A stretch of 64,000 nucleotides of DNA from Christensenellales bacterium (lineage in GTDB: Bacteria; Bacillota; Clostridia; Christensenellales; MGBC116941). Each line of letters starts with the position of its first letter. Within the stretch, counting starts at the first letter, position 1. Under the pieces are notes generated by a model. That model had not been told where the DNA came from. It searched no databases and worked only from the letters and a program-made list of their open reading frames with translations. Below, one piece after another: positions 38,461 through 48,022 of the stretch. The translations under genes were made by a program, and so were the position numbers. The stretch covers positions 22,188 through 86,187 of the forward strand of contig JBMNTP010000002.1 of assembly GCA_050945795.1 (NCBI GenBank), given 5' to 3'.

Positions 38461-39810
38461 TTATTTTTTCTTAAACGGCAATCGCGCCGGCGCGTCAATA
38501 ACATGAGCGTCTTTTGTAAACCGCGAGCCGTGGCACGGGCAGTCATAGCTACCCTCTTCCTTATTAAAACGCAGCCGGCAACCCATATGCGAGCAGATAG
38601 GATCATCCCGGCGCACAATACCGCCTATATAAGACGCCGCCATCGCAGCCATATTACCGGCTATGGCGCCAAGCCCCGGAAATATGCTGCGCCTGGGCGA
38701 GTAAACTTGCGCCAAAGGATTGTTTATGCCCATAATTATATCCCTAAGTATATTCGCCGCCGTCATAGAGCCGGTTATACCCCACTTGGCAAAGCCTGCC
38801 GCCGTTAAAAGTCGGGGCATAGACCGCGCATACTCCCCTATATAAGGCAGATCGTCGGGCGGCATACCATCTTGTGCCGACCACCTGTTTATAACGGCTC
38901 CGCCAAAATGTTTTTTTGCGTGGTTCGCCAGTCTGTCATGCCTTTTTACCGGACGGCGCGCGCCGCATTTATAATCAAAACCTGACACTATAAGCACATC
39001 CCTGTTCATACGCACAGAAAACCCATCTCCATCAAGCGATAAGTGCATGCCGCGAACATTACCGCCCCGCATAGCCAATACGTTTGAGCGGTTCTGCTGA
39101 AGCTTTATGAAGTAATAGCCCGGTGCGTTTATAATAGGATACCGTGTCGCCATTATGACATGTCCGGCGGTAACACTGCCCCTGTCAGTAATGACCCTGC
39201 CCTCTTGATATTCAAGCATTCTGCTATTTTCAAATATGCGGCAGCCGCCCTTTGACAGCTCTAGCGCCACCGCCCTCATATATTTAACCGGATGAAACAT
39301 CGCCTGATTCTTAAACCGCATAGACGCCAGTACCTCAAAAGGCAATTCGCTCTCTTCATGCATATCCGCCACAAGACCGCATTTTTGGGCGGCATCCGTC
39401 TCTTTATACAGCTTTTCGGCATTCTGCGCGGTGTTTGAAAAGGTATAGGCGTCCGCCCTAACAAAATCACAGTCTATACTAAGCTCATCTATAAGCTCGG
39501 CGTATTGCTCTATCGCTCTCGTCTGCGACATAGCATGAGCCTGAGCTACATCCTGTCCCCATTTTTTTATAAGATTTGAGTATATAACACCTTGCTGCGC
39601 CGTTATTTTCGCCGTAGTATGGCCGCTAGTACCGTTGCCTATGCGGTTGGCTTCTATAAGCACCACACTCACACCCGCCCTTTGCAGCAACAGCGCTGCG
39701 TTAAGTCCGCATAAACCGCCGCCCACCACCGCTACATCCGCCTTGTGCGCGCCCTCTAGCGTTCCGAATTTCGGCATTTCCTCATTAAGCCAATAAGAAT
39801 CAGAGCCCAT
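38461..39810 (-). CDS. FAD-dependent oxidoreductase with C-terminal Rieske 2Fe-2S domain (YhfW-like)
   Basis: VVGGGLCG, GTSGHTTAKIT, WSAQD..PPD.LPYIG, GFAKWG, CSHMGC...CPCHGSRF. Confidence 0.92.
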   Translation of the reverse strand: MGSDSYWLNEEMPKFGTLEGAHKADVAVVGGGLCGLNAALLLQRAGVSVVLIEANRIGNGTSGHTTAKITAQQGVIYSNLIKKWGQDVAQAHAMSQTRAIEQYAELIDELSIDCDFVRADAYTFSNTAQNAEKLYKETDAAQKCGLVADMHEESELPFEVLASMRFKNQAMFHPVKYMRAVALELSKGGCRIFENSRMLEYQEGRVITDRGSVTAGHVIMATRYPIINAPGYYFIKLQQNRSNVLAMRGGNVRGMHLSLDGDGFSVRMNRDVLIVSGFDYKCGARRPVKRHDRLANHAKKHFGGAVINRWSAQDGMPPDDLPYIGEYARSMPRLLTAAGFAKWGITGSMTAANILRDIIMGINNPLAQVYSPRRSIFPGLGAIAGNMAAMAASYIGGIVRRDDPICSHMGCRLRFNKEEGSYDCPCHGSRFTKDAHVIDAPARLPFKKK

Positions 39811-39982
39811 TTTTATCTCCTTGGACGTTTTTTCTTATTGTGCGTATCACTGGCCTGTTTAATCCCTGCTTGACTAAGTTTAAGCGGCGCATATAAAATA
39901 TATGAATATGGCCACGACAACTTACCCGGCCAGACAGCGAGGCGCAACCGCCTCAAATATAGCTTTTTGGGGGAAATCGCTT

Positions 39983-40684
39983 ATGCCGCTTACAGGTACG
40001 CTGGTAAACGCCGCCGCCATACTGGTTGGTGGATTAACAGGTTATATATTTAGAAAAAAACTGCCGCAAAAATATCTCGCCCTTAATATGAACGCCGTCG
40101 CGCTTGTTGTTTTAATGCTCGGAATGCAGTACGCGCTGCAATCACAGCAACTGCTCTGCCTTATGATAAGCATATTATGCGGCACAGCGCTAGGTACTAT
40201 GCTGCGCCTACACGACCGCCTCTCAGACCTCGGCGATTGGCTAAAAGATAAGCTTAAAGCCGGCGATGGCAAATTCGCCGAAGGATTTGTAACAAGCGTG
40301 CTGCTGTTTTGCACCGGAGCTATGGCTGTAACCGGCGCGATACAAAGCGGCATGAGCCACGACCATAGCACGCTGCTGCTAAAGGCGGTCATGGACGGAG
40401 TAATATCAATTTTCCTTACTTCCGCTATGGGTCTTGGCGTACTGTTTTCAGCTCTCGCCGTTCTTATTTATCAAGGCGTAATAGCGCTCGGCGCTCACGC
40501 TCTTTCCGGCGTAATGGCAGGCCCTGCACTTACTGAAATAACGGCGGTAGGCGGCATACTTTTAATAGCGCTCGGCCTTACAATGCTTGAAGTAAAGCAG
40601 TTTCGCGTTTCGGATATGCTGCCCTCAATATTTTTGCCCATAGCCTTTTTGCCGCTTATAAACCTTCTTGTAAATATGTTCTAA
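39983..40684 (+). CDS. DUF554 (YdfK/YqgA-like) membrane protein
   Basis: GTLVNAAAILVGG, EGFVTSVLLFCTGAMAVTG, KAVMDG, YQG, GGILLIALGL. Confidence 0.88.
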   Translation: MPLTGTLVNAAAILVGGLTGYIFRKKLPQKYLALNMNAVALVVLMLGMQYALQSQQLLCLMISILCGTALGTMLRLHDRLSDLGDWLKDKLKAGDGKFAEGFVTSVLLFCTGAMAVTGAIQSGMSHDHSTLLLKAVMDGVISIFLTSAMGLGVLFSALAVLIYQGVIALGAHALSGVMAGPALTEITAVGGILLIALGLTMLEVKQFRVSDMLPSIFLPIAFLPLINLLVNMF

Positions 40685-42451
40685 TCAGTCGTTTAAATCG
40701 GCTTTGTCTGCATCAAGCAGAAACTGCGTCTGATACAGGCGGTAATAATATCCTTCTTTAGCCATAAGCTCATCATGCGGGCCGTATTCCTTTATGCCCT
40801 CATCATCTATAAACGCTATCATATCCGCCGAGCGCACTGTCGAAAGCCGGTGCGCTATTATAAGCGAGGTACGTCCCCTACTAAGCTCATCAAGCGCCTG
40901 GCCGATTTTGTGTTCTGTTTCAAGGTCTAACGCCGATGTCGCCTCATCAAGTATAAGTATAGGCGGGTTTTTAAGGAATATCCGAGCTATGCTTATCCTC
41001 TGCTTCTGCCCGCCCGACAGCATTACTCCCCTCTCACCGCACATAGTATCATAGCCATCTTCAAGCGACATAACAAAGTCATGTATCTCGGCTTTTTTCG
41101 CCGCCGCCTCAACCTCCTCGCGCGACGCTTTTACATTACCATAGAGTATATTGTCGTATATGCTGCCGGCAAACAGGAATACGTCCTGCTGCACAATGCC
41201 TATCTTTTCACGCAGCGAAGCAAGCGTAAATTGCCTTATATCTCGGCCGTCTATTGTAATAGTGCCGCTGTCGATATCGTAAAAGCGGGGCAGCAACTGG
41301 CAAAGCGTTGTTTTTCCGCCGCCTGATGGCCCCACCAGCGCCACGCGGCTGCCCGCCTTTATATCAAGATTAACACCGTTAAGCACCTTAACGCCCTTGT
41401 CGTATGAAAAGCTAACGTCCTTTATAATTATATCGCCCTTAACCTCGCCAAAAGCCTCAGCACCCGGCAAATCCTTTATGTCCGGCTCAACCTCCATAAG
41501 CTCTACAAAGCGGGAAAAGCCGGCCATGCCCGTTTCATATTGTTCAACGAAGGCCGTCAGCCGTCTTATAGGCTGAAGAAAGGCGCTTACAAACAGCGTA
41601 AACGTCACTATGTCGGTAGCGTCCATATCGCCTCTCATAACCAGCAGCCCGCCCACAACGATAACCATTACATATTGTATGCTTGTCATAAATTCCATGC
41701 CGCTGTGGTAAATGCCCATGGCCTTATAAAAATGCCGCTTGGACTTTCTAAAATCCCTGTTGCCCCTTTCAAACTTCTCAAGCTCATACTCCTCGTTTGA
41801 AAACGCCGTCGCCACGCGTATGCCGGATATGCTGCTCTCTATACCGGCGTTTATGCCCGCCGTGCTCTCTTTAACCTCCCTTGAAGCCCTAGACATTCTT
41901 CTCCTGTTCCTTATAGTAAAGAACAGCAGCGCCGGAACCAGCGCAAACAGCACCAGCGCCAGTTTCCATTGAATAAACAGCAGCGCTATAAACGCGCCTA
42001 TAAACGTTATAAGCGATATAAACAGATCTTCCGGCCCGTGATGCGCCAGCTCCGTTATCTCAAAGAGGTCATTCATAACCCGCGACATAAGATGACCCGT
42101 CCGCGTTTTATCATAAAAGCTAAAAGACAGCTTCTGCAGATGCGAAAAAAGGTCGCGGCGCATGTCCGCCTCCATCTTCACACCAAGTATATGCCCCCAA
42201 TAATCTACTATATACTGCATACCGCCTCTTAATACATACAGCAGCACCAGCCCCGCCGCCAGTACGAAAAACGGAGCGTACAGATTTTGCGGCAGCAGGT
42301 TTTGCAGCGCATAACGCGACACCAGCGGAAACCCTAAATCAACCAGCGCTATCATAAGCGCGCACGACATATCCAGTATAAAAAGCCGCATATGCGGTTT
42401 ATAATACGCTAGAAAGCGCTTCAGTTTATAATTTTTGCTTTTCTCTCCCAT
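40685..42451 (-). CDS. ABC transporter fused permease/ATP-binding protein (YwjA-like)
   Basis: TM domain with ELAHHGPED; GPSGGGKT, LSGGQKQR, LDEATSALD, IAHRLST. Confidence 0.93.
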   Translation of the reverse strand: MGEKSKNYKLKRFLAYYKPHMRLFILDMSCALMIALVDLGFPLVSRYALQNLLPQNLYAPFFVLAAGLVLLYVLRGGMQYIVDYWGHILGVKMEADMRRDLFSHLQKLSFSFYDKTRTGHLMSRVMNDLFEITELAHHGPEDLFISLITFIGAFIALLFIQWKLALVLFALVPALLFFTIRNRRRMSRASREVKESTAGINAGIESSISGIRVATAFSNEEYELEKFERGNRDFRKSKRHFYKAMGIYHSGMEFMTSIQYVMVIVVGGLLVMRGDMDATDIVTFTLFVSAFLQPIRRLTAFVEQYETGMAGFSRFVELMEVEPDIKDLPGAEAFGEVKGDIIIKDVSFSYDKGVKVLNGVNLDIKAGSRVALVGPSGGGKTTLCQLLPRFYDIDSGTITIDGRDIRQFTLASLREKIGIVQQDVFLFAGSIYDNILYGNVKASREEVEAAAKKAEIHDFVMSLEDGYDTMCGERGVMLSGGQKQRISIARIFLKNPPILILDEATSALDLETEHKIGQALDELSRGRTSLIIAHRLSTVRSADMIAFIDDEGIKEYGPHDELMAKEGYYYRLYQTQFLLDADKADLND

Positions 42452-42522
42452 AATGTTTGCCTCATAATTGTGTTATTATTGTAATTCGAATTCTACCAAC
42501 AGCTTTTTAAAAATACAATCCC

Positions 42523-42556
42523 CCTACCTTTTCTTTAGAAAAGGTAGGACCAAAAG
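42523..42556 (-). repeat. REP-like palindrome, copy 1
   Basis: CCTACCTTTTCT-TT-AGAAAAGGTAGG perfect stem, preceded on the minus strand by CTTTTGG. Confidence 0.7.
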
Positions 42557-42990
42557 AAATCTCTTGCGCCTTTAAAATGCGTTTGTCTACATAGCGTAAC
42601 AAAAAGCCTCTTAAGTATCGAAACACAAGCCAATAGAAACCTCTCACAACCATAAAATACGTTTGTTTACATCTCGCAACAAAAAGCCTCTTAAGTATCG
42701 AAACGCAAACCAATAGAAACCTCTCGCAACCATAAAATACGTTTGTTTACATCTCGCAACAAAAAGCCTCTTAAGTATTGAAACACAAGCCAATAGAAAC
42801 CTCTCGCAACAAAAAGCCTCTTAAGTATTGAAACATATCCCAATAGAAACCTCTTGCGCCCGTGAGATATGTTTACCCACACCACGAAACAAACATCCCT
42901 CCAATACTGAAACGCAAACTTAAAGAACCCCCGCGCCCGTAATTTACTCGCGCTTGCATCGCATAACAAAAACTCTACGGCAATATACAT
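42551..42990. repeat. tandem array of about six 80-bp units (one shortened to 50 bp)
   Basis: Units start at 42551, 42631, 42711, 42791 (50 bp), 42841 and about 42921. The core CAACAAAAAGCCTCTTAAGTAT(C/T)GAAAC....CCAATAGAAACCTCT is near-identical in central copies and degenerate at the edges. Confidence 0.9.
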
Positions 42991-42996
42991 CAGCTT

Positions 42997-43078
42997 AGAA
43001 ATGCGAAGCATTTCTGCAAAGTCTTTTGCTTCTTTTCTTCTAGAAAAGAAGCGGGAGTATGAGGGCTGCGCCCTCATA
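42997..43078 (+). repeat. cluster of three hairpins including REP-like palindrome copy 2
   Basis: AGAAATGC-GAA-GCATTTCT (42997-43015); GCTTCTTTTCT-TCT-AGAAAAGAAGC (43028-43052); TATGAGGGC-TGC-GCCCTCATA (43058-43078). Confidence 0.75.
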
Positions 43079-43086
43079 TCGTCCCC

Positions 43087-43134
43087 CGTCCTCTCGTCCT
43101 CTCGTCCTCTCGTCCTCTCGTCCTCTCGTCCTCT
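43087..43134. repeat. octanucleotide microsatellite (CGTCCTCT)x6
   Basis: Six perfect copies with degenerate flanking copies. Confidence 0.95.
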
Positions 43135-43231
43135 CGTCCCATCGTTCCTAGTTGTTACCAATGCCCCGGCGAACAAAAAAGCGCGCCGAGGCGCACTTTC
43201 GTCATGACCGATTGAGTTTTCCAATGTCAGA

Positions 43232-44038
43232 TTATTCTATGCCCCACTTGTCGAGCAGTTGCTGCAACTCGCCGCTCTTTTCTATTTCGGTTATAGTCTG
43301 GCTTATCTTTTCCGCTAGCTTCTGCTCACCACCGCTCAGCACCACGCAATACTTTATATCGCCAAGCGACTCCGGCAATATTGTGGTGTCGACATCAACC
43401 ATAGCGCAGAGTGTGGCGAATCCCGAGCAAAAAGCGTCTATAGTGCCGTTTTTAAGAGCCTCCACCGCCTCGGGATACGAAGCGATGCTGATTGGCTCAA
43501 AATCCAGCTTCTTGTCCTGTTGAAGGCCTGTTAGCATAGCGCCTATAACATCCGGGTTGGTATAGCCTATTTTACCTCCGCCTTTTACAATATCATCGGC
43601 GGACGCAAAACCACCCTTAAGGCACATAAGCCCTGCCGCGTCTATATAATACGGCTTACTGTACGATACGCTCTTGCTGCGCCCCTCCTCGTATGCCATG
43701 GTGGAAACTATAAAATCGACATCCTCGCTTTGCAACAAAGGATATGCTGTGCAACTGTTGACCTCAACCTCCCGCACATGAACATTGTCCTCGGTTATCT
43801 TTTCTGAAAGCAGCTTAGCCAGCTCTGGCTCAAACCCGTTTATATTGCCATCTTCGTCTTTAAAAGCGAATTTAGGTGTCTTGGTTTTAAAACCTACTCT
43901 TATTATGCCGCGCTGCTCAATGCCGCTAAGCAGCTTTGATGCTCCGGCGCCTCCGCATGCCGTCAACATAGCCACGGCTAATACAACCGCGAACACCTTC
44001 ATATATTTACTTATTTTTCCAAATAAATCTCTTTTCAA
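43232..44038 (-). CDS. polar amino-acid ABC transporter substrate-binding lipoprotein (family 3)
   Basis: Lipobox LTAC, RGIIRVG, GFEPELAK, YSKPYY, EAVEALKNG.IDAF, SGELQQLLDKW. Start uncertain. Confidence 0.88.
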   Translation of the reverse strand: MKRDLFGKISKYMKVFAVVLAVAMLTACGGAGASKLLSGIEQRGIIRVGFKTKTPKFAFKDEDGNINGFEPELAKLLSEKITEDNVHVREVEVNSCTAYPLLQSEDVDFIVSTMAYEEGRSKSVSYSKPYYIDAAGLMCLKGGFASADDIVKGGGKIGYTNPDVIGAMLTGLQQDKKLDFEPISIASYPEAVEALKNGTIDAFCSGFATLCAMVDVDTTILPESLGDIKYCVVLSGGEQKLAEKISQTITEIEKSGELQQLLDKWGIE

Positions 44039-44392
44039 AACAATCTCCCAAGTTAAAATTTATCCTGCGTTGGTATTGTACTCCAATTCACATTATTACG
44101 CAAGTATTACGCGCCCTTTATAAAAACTAAATATTACCAGTCTATTATTGCTTAATTCCGAAACATCTCTCATTATTATTTCATGTTTTAACCATATTTA
44201 GTCAGATTAAAGCCACAAAATAGCCGCTGTTTGCCATCCGATTCCATCAAAATAAACGGTGGCAAAGCGGGCTTATATAAACCGATTGATATAATGGCAT
44301 TTTTGGTGATATAATGTATACTTAGCTGGAAAATGCGTGTATATTACCCACTCTAACTGCCAGCATTATATATAAAGGGAGTAAATTTGTAA

Positions 44393-45685
44393 ATGTCCAC
44401 ACATTGCAATACCGCGCCATACCTTAAAGAGACCGCTGCCGTTATACCGGAGATACTGTTGCCGCGCACCGGCGTTGATATGGAAAAATGGGCGGTTATT
44501 GCCTGCGATCAGTATACTTCACAGATAGAATACTGGCAAACTGCTGATGATCTTGTAAAAGAAGCGCCCAGTACCCTTCGCATAACGTTGCCCGAAGTAT
44601 ACCTTGAGGACGAAGACAAGCCCGAGCGCATAGCCGGTATACGCGGAGCTATGCGTAAGTATATAGATGAAGGTATATTTGAAAAGCATCGCGGCATTGT
44701 ATATGTTGAGCGGCAAACCACCATGGGATTAAGAAAAGGGCTGGTACTGGCGCTTGACCTGGACAGATACGACTACAGCCCCAACTCGCAATCTTTGATT
44801 CGCGCCACAGAAGGCACAATTATAGAGCGTATACCCCCTAGGGTAGAGATAAGGCGCGGCGCTCCGCTTGAAACACCGCATATAATGGTTCTTATAGACG
44901 ATGAGAAAAACATTGTCATAGGCGGCGCCGAGCGCGCTAAGAACTGCTATAAAAAGCTGTACGGCTTTGAGCTTATGAAGGGCGCGGGACGCATAGACGG
45001 CTGGTTGGCCGAAAAAGACAGCGACACCGACGCTATACTAACCGCTTTAGCCGAACTATCTAAAGGACGCTCGCTTTTATACGCCGTAGGCGATGGCAAT
45101 CATTCACTCGCTACCGCTAAAGCGTGTTACGAGGAGCTTAAGGCGAAAGATAAAGAGGCGGCTAAAACCTCGGCGGCGAGGTTTGCGCTTGTTGAGATAG
45201 TCAACCTGCATGACTCGGCGCTTGAATTTGAGCCTATTCACAGAATTCTTTTCTCTGTCGATACTAACTGTACCGAGCGAATTGTTGAATTGCTTTTAGC
45301 CGCCGGTAATCGCGGCGTCAGCCTTAATTGGGAAGATAAGAGCGAGTACAGCGGTGACGGATTTTCAATAGAGCTTATTTATGGAGATAAAACAGGGCAT
45401 TTGATAATCGAGAAGCCGGTATCTGACCTTGCCGTAGGAATACTACAGCCGGCTTTGGATGAATATATAAAAGAAAGCGGCGCGGCGATTGACTATGTTC
45501 ATGGCCAAGAGGCGGTGCTTGAAGCGGCTAGGCGCGGTGAAAACCTCGGCCTTATACTTCCGGCAATGGATAAAAGCCACCTGTTCAGCTATATAAGCGA
45601 CAACGGTCCGCTGCCGAGAAAGACTTTCTCCATGGGTGAGGCGGAGGACAAACGGTTTTATATTGAATGCAGAAAAATCTGCTGA
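44393..45685 (+). CDS. DUF1015 family protein
   Basis: WAVIACDQYTS, IRATEGT...RIPPR, YAVGDGNHSLATAK, FEPIHR, LPRKTFSMG. Confidence 0.88.
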   Translation: MSTHCNTAPYLKETAAVIPEILLPRTGVDMEKWAVIACDQYTSQIEYWQTADDLVKEAPSTLRITLPEVYLEDEDKPERIAGIRGAMRKYIDEGIFEKHRGIVYVERQTTMGLRKGLVLALDLDRYDYSPNSQSLIRATEGTIIERIPPRVEIRRGAPLETPHIMVLIDDEKNIVIGGAERAKNCYKKLYGFELMKGAGRIDGWLAEKDSDTDAILTALAELSKGRSLLYAVGDGNHSLATAKACYEELKAKDKEAAKTSAARFALVEIVNLHDSALEFEPIHRILFSVDTNCTERIVELLLAAGNRGVSLNWEDKSEYSGDGFSIELIYGDKTGHLIIEKPVSDLAVGILQPALDEYIKESGAAIDYVHGQEAVLEAARRGENLGLILPAMDKSHLFSYISDNGPLPRKTFSMGEAEDKRFYIECRKIC

Positions 45686-45707
45686 AGTTTACGATAGGAG
45701 GTTGTGT

Positions 45708-47024
45708 ATGGGCACAAAAGTTGTAAAATTTGGGGGAAGCTCACTGGCCGATTCCAAACAGTTTAAAAAGGTTAAGAAGATTATTTTGTCGGACAACGAC
45801 AGGCGTTTTGTTATACCCTCCGCGCCTGGCAAACGTGATTATGCCGACGAAAAGATAACCGATATGTTGTATGCCTGCGCGCAGCTTACCGGAGAGGACA
45901 GAGAGGTCTGCGCCATATTTACGCGTATAGAAGAGCGCTATGGCGAAATAAAGGACAAGCTCGGCCTCAAAATAGATATAGAAAAGCATCTTGATAAGGC
46001 TCGCACCGATATACTTAACGGAGCGGGCAGAGATTATGCTGCCAGCCGCGGCGAATATTTTAACGCGCTGCTTTTAGCCGATTATCTCGGCTTTGAGTTT
46101 TTAGACGCCGCCGATGTAATCTTTTTCAAGCAGGACGGCACCCTCGACTCGGCTAAGACACAGCAGGTGCTTTCCTCCGTACTAAAAACCAAAGAAAATT
46201 CCGTTATACCCGGCTTTTATGGTTCTATGCCGGATGGCAGCATAAAAACATTTTCAAGGGGCGGCTCGGACATTACCGGCGCAATAGTAGCGCGTGCCGC
46301 ATTCGCCGATGTTTATGAAAACTGGACGGACGTTTCCGGCTTTCTTATGGCAGATCCTCGCATAGTAATGAACCCTCGCTCTATAAATATGCTTACATAT
46401 GCCGAGCTTAGAGAGCTTTCATACATGGGCGCTACCGTTTTGCATGAAGAAAGCATTTTCCCGGTTAAAAAAGCCGGCATACCTATAAATGTAAAAAACA
46501 CAAACTTCCCTGATGAAAAAGGTACTATGATATATTCCGAAATCCCTAAAGACGTCAAGCTCAATAGCATAACCGGTGTTGCGGGGCGCAAAGGATTTAC
46601 TATCGTTTCTCTTGAAAAAGATATGATGAATGCGCAATACGGCTTTGTAAGGCGGGTTCTTACAGTGCTTGAGGATCTTGGCATATCCTTTGAGCATATG
46701 CCAACCGGCATAGACACGCTTTGCCTTATAATATCCGACTCACAGCTTGAAGGTAAACTCGACATGCTGCTTGATGGGCTTAGAAGCGAAATAGATCCTG
46801 ACCGCTTAGAAGTCACAACCGACCTTGCACTTATAGCAACGGTGGGATACGGCATGATACGCCGTCCCGGCATATCGGCAAAGCTCTTTGGGGCGCTGGC
46901 GGCTAAGAGAATAAACGTAAGAATGATTGATCAGGGTTCAAGCGAGCTTAATATAATAGTCGGTGTAGCTGGCAACGACTTTGAAGAGGCGGTAAGAGCG
47001 ATATATGAGGCTTTTATCGACTAA
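45708..47024 (+). CDS. lysC: aspartate kinase
   Basis: VVKFGGSSLA, PSAPGKR, SRGE, TFSRGGSDITG, WTDVSG..ADPR, two ACT domains. ATG 45708 follows AGGAGG. Confidence 0.93.
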   Translation: MGTKVVKFGGSSLADSKQFKKVKKIILSDNDRRFVIPSAPGKRDYADEKITDMLYACAQLTGEDREVCAIFTRIEERYGEIKDKLGLKIDIEKHLDKARTDILNGAGRDYAASRGEYFNALLLADYLGFEFLDAADVIFFKQDGTLDSAKTQQVLSSVLKTKENSVIPGFYGSMPDGSIKTFSRGGSDITGAIVARAAFADVYENWTDVSGFLMADPRIVMNPRSINMLTYAELRELSYMGATVLHEESIFPVKKAGIPINVKNTNFPDEKGTMIYSEIPKDVKLNSITGVAGRKGFTIVSLEKDMMNAQYGFVRRVLTVLEDLGISFEHMPTGIDTLCLIISDSQLEGKLDMLLDGLRSEIDPDRLEVTTDLALIATVGYGMIRRPGISAKLFGALAAKRINVRMIDQGSSELNIIVGVAGNDFEEAVRAIYEAFID

Positions 47025-47059
47025 GCGCTTTGCTTGAGGAAAGTATAGGGTAGCTTTTA

Positions 47060-48010
47060 ATGGGTCTTGTTGTTTGGGACGCGGTGCAGGCGGTGCTTGT
47101 TATAGCGCTGCTAACATTCGCGGGCTGGTTTTTCTGTCGCGTTGGCTGGTTCGACAGCAAAAAAACCGGCGATATGATAGTCAGGCTGGTGATAGAGGTC
47201 ACCTTCCCCTGCATGATAGTTACTAACCTATGGACATATTTTACCCGGGAAATACTCGCTTCGGCCGGAGCCGGGCTTTTAATGGGCTGGGGAAGCATTT
47301 TCACGGCCTATCTCATTTCCTGGCCGCTTTGCTCGCTGCTTAAAATACCAAAAGGACGGCGGGGGCTTTTTAAAAGCATGTTTTCGCTTTCAAACTCCAT
47401 GTTTGTGGGGCTGCCGGTTTCAAAAGCGCTTTTTGGTGACGCCGGAATACCGTACGCGCTTTTTTACTACATAGCCACCACCACAACTCTTTGGACGCTC
47501 GCGCATTACACAATAAGGCGCGACGGCGAGGGAGAAGGGCGTATTTCCTTTAAAGAGGTAATACAAAAGCTGATGTCTCCCCCGCTTTTAACCTTTTTAA
47601 TCTCCATATCACTTATATTAATAGGTTTCACGCCGCCAAAAATAGTGCTCGACGTAGCCGGATACCTCGGCGTTATGACAACGCCGCTTTCGCTGTTTTT
47701 TAGCGGCATTATAATTTATAAAATCGGCCTTAAAGGCCTCAAAATGGAAAAGGGCATACCGTTTGTAATGCTGTCGAGGTTTATACTATCGCCGCTTATA
47801 ATGCTCCTTATAGGAACGATTATAAAAGCCGACAAACTTATGCTCAGCGTTATGGTTATACAGGCGTCCATGCCGGTTATGCTGCAAGCCTCTATACTAG
47901 GGGAAAGATACGGGGCCGACGCGGCATACGCTACAAACGGCTTTGTCTGGACGTCTTTGCTCAGCTTTGTATTTATACCATTTTATATGGTTTTGTTTTC
48001 GCTTATTTGA
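47060..48010 (+). CDS. AEC (auxin efflux carrier) family transporter
   Basis: About 10 TM helices, SNSMFVGLP, SPPL, TTPLSL, MPV motifs. Confidence 0.88.
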   Translation: MGLVVWDAVQAVLVIALLTFAGWFFCRVGWFDSKKTGDMIVRLVIEVTFPCMIVTNLWTYFTREILASAGAGLLMGWGSIFTAYLISWPLCSLLKIPKGRRGLFKSMFSLSNSMFVGLPVSKALFGDAGIPYALFYYIATTTTLWTLAHYTIRRDGEGEGRISFKEVIQKLMSPPLLTFLISISLILIGFTPPKIVLDVAGYLGVMTTPLSLFFSGIIIYKIGLKGLKMEKGIPFVMLSRFILSPLIMLLIGTIIKADKLMLSVMVIQASMPVMLQASILGERYGADAAYATNGFVWTSLLSFVFIPFYMVLFSLI

Positions 48011-48022
48011 ACGGAGGGCTAA

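Noticed and set aside
42551-42990. CRISPR array
   Set aside because: The sequences between the most conserved blocks are themselves repeated rather than unique spacers, and no cas genes are present.
42507-43224. ORF-track proteins 42507-42713 and 42691-43224 (-)
   Set aside because: They are translations of the tandem array and microsatellite (GREDERTR repeats), with no convincing RBS or protein-like composition.
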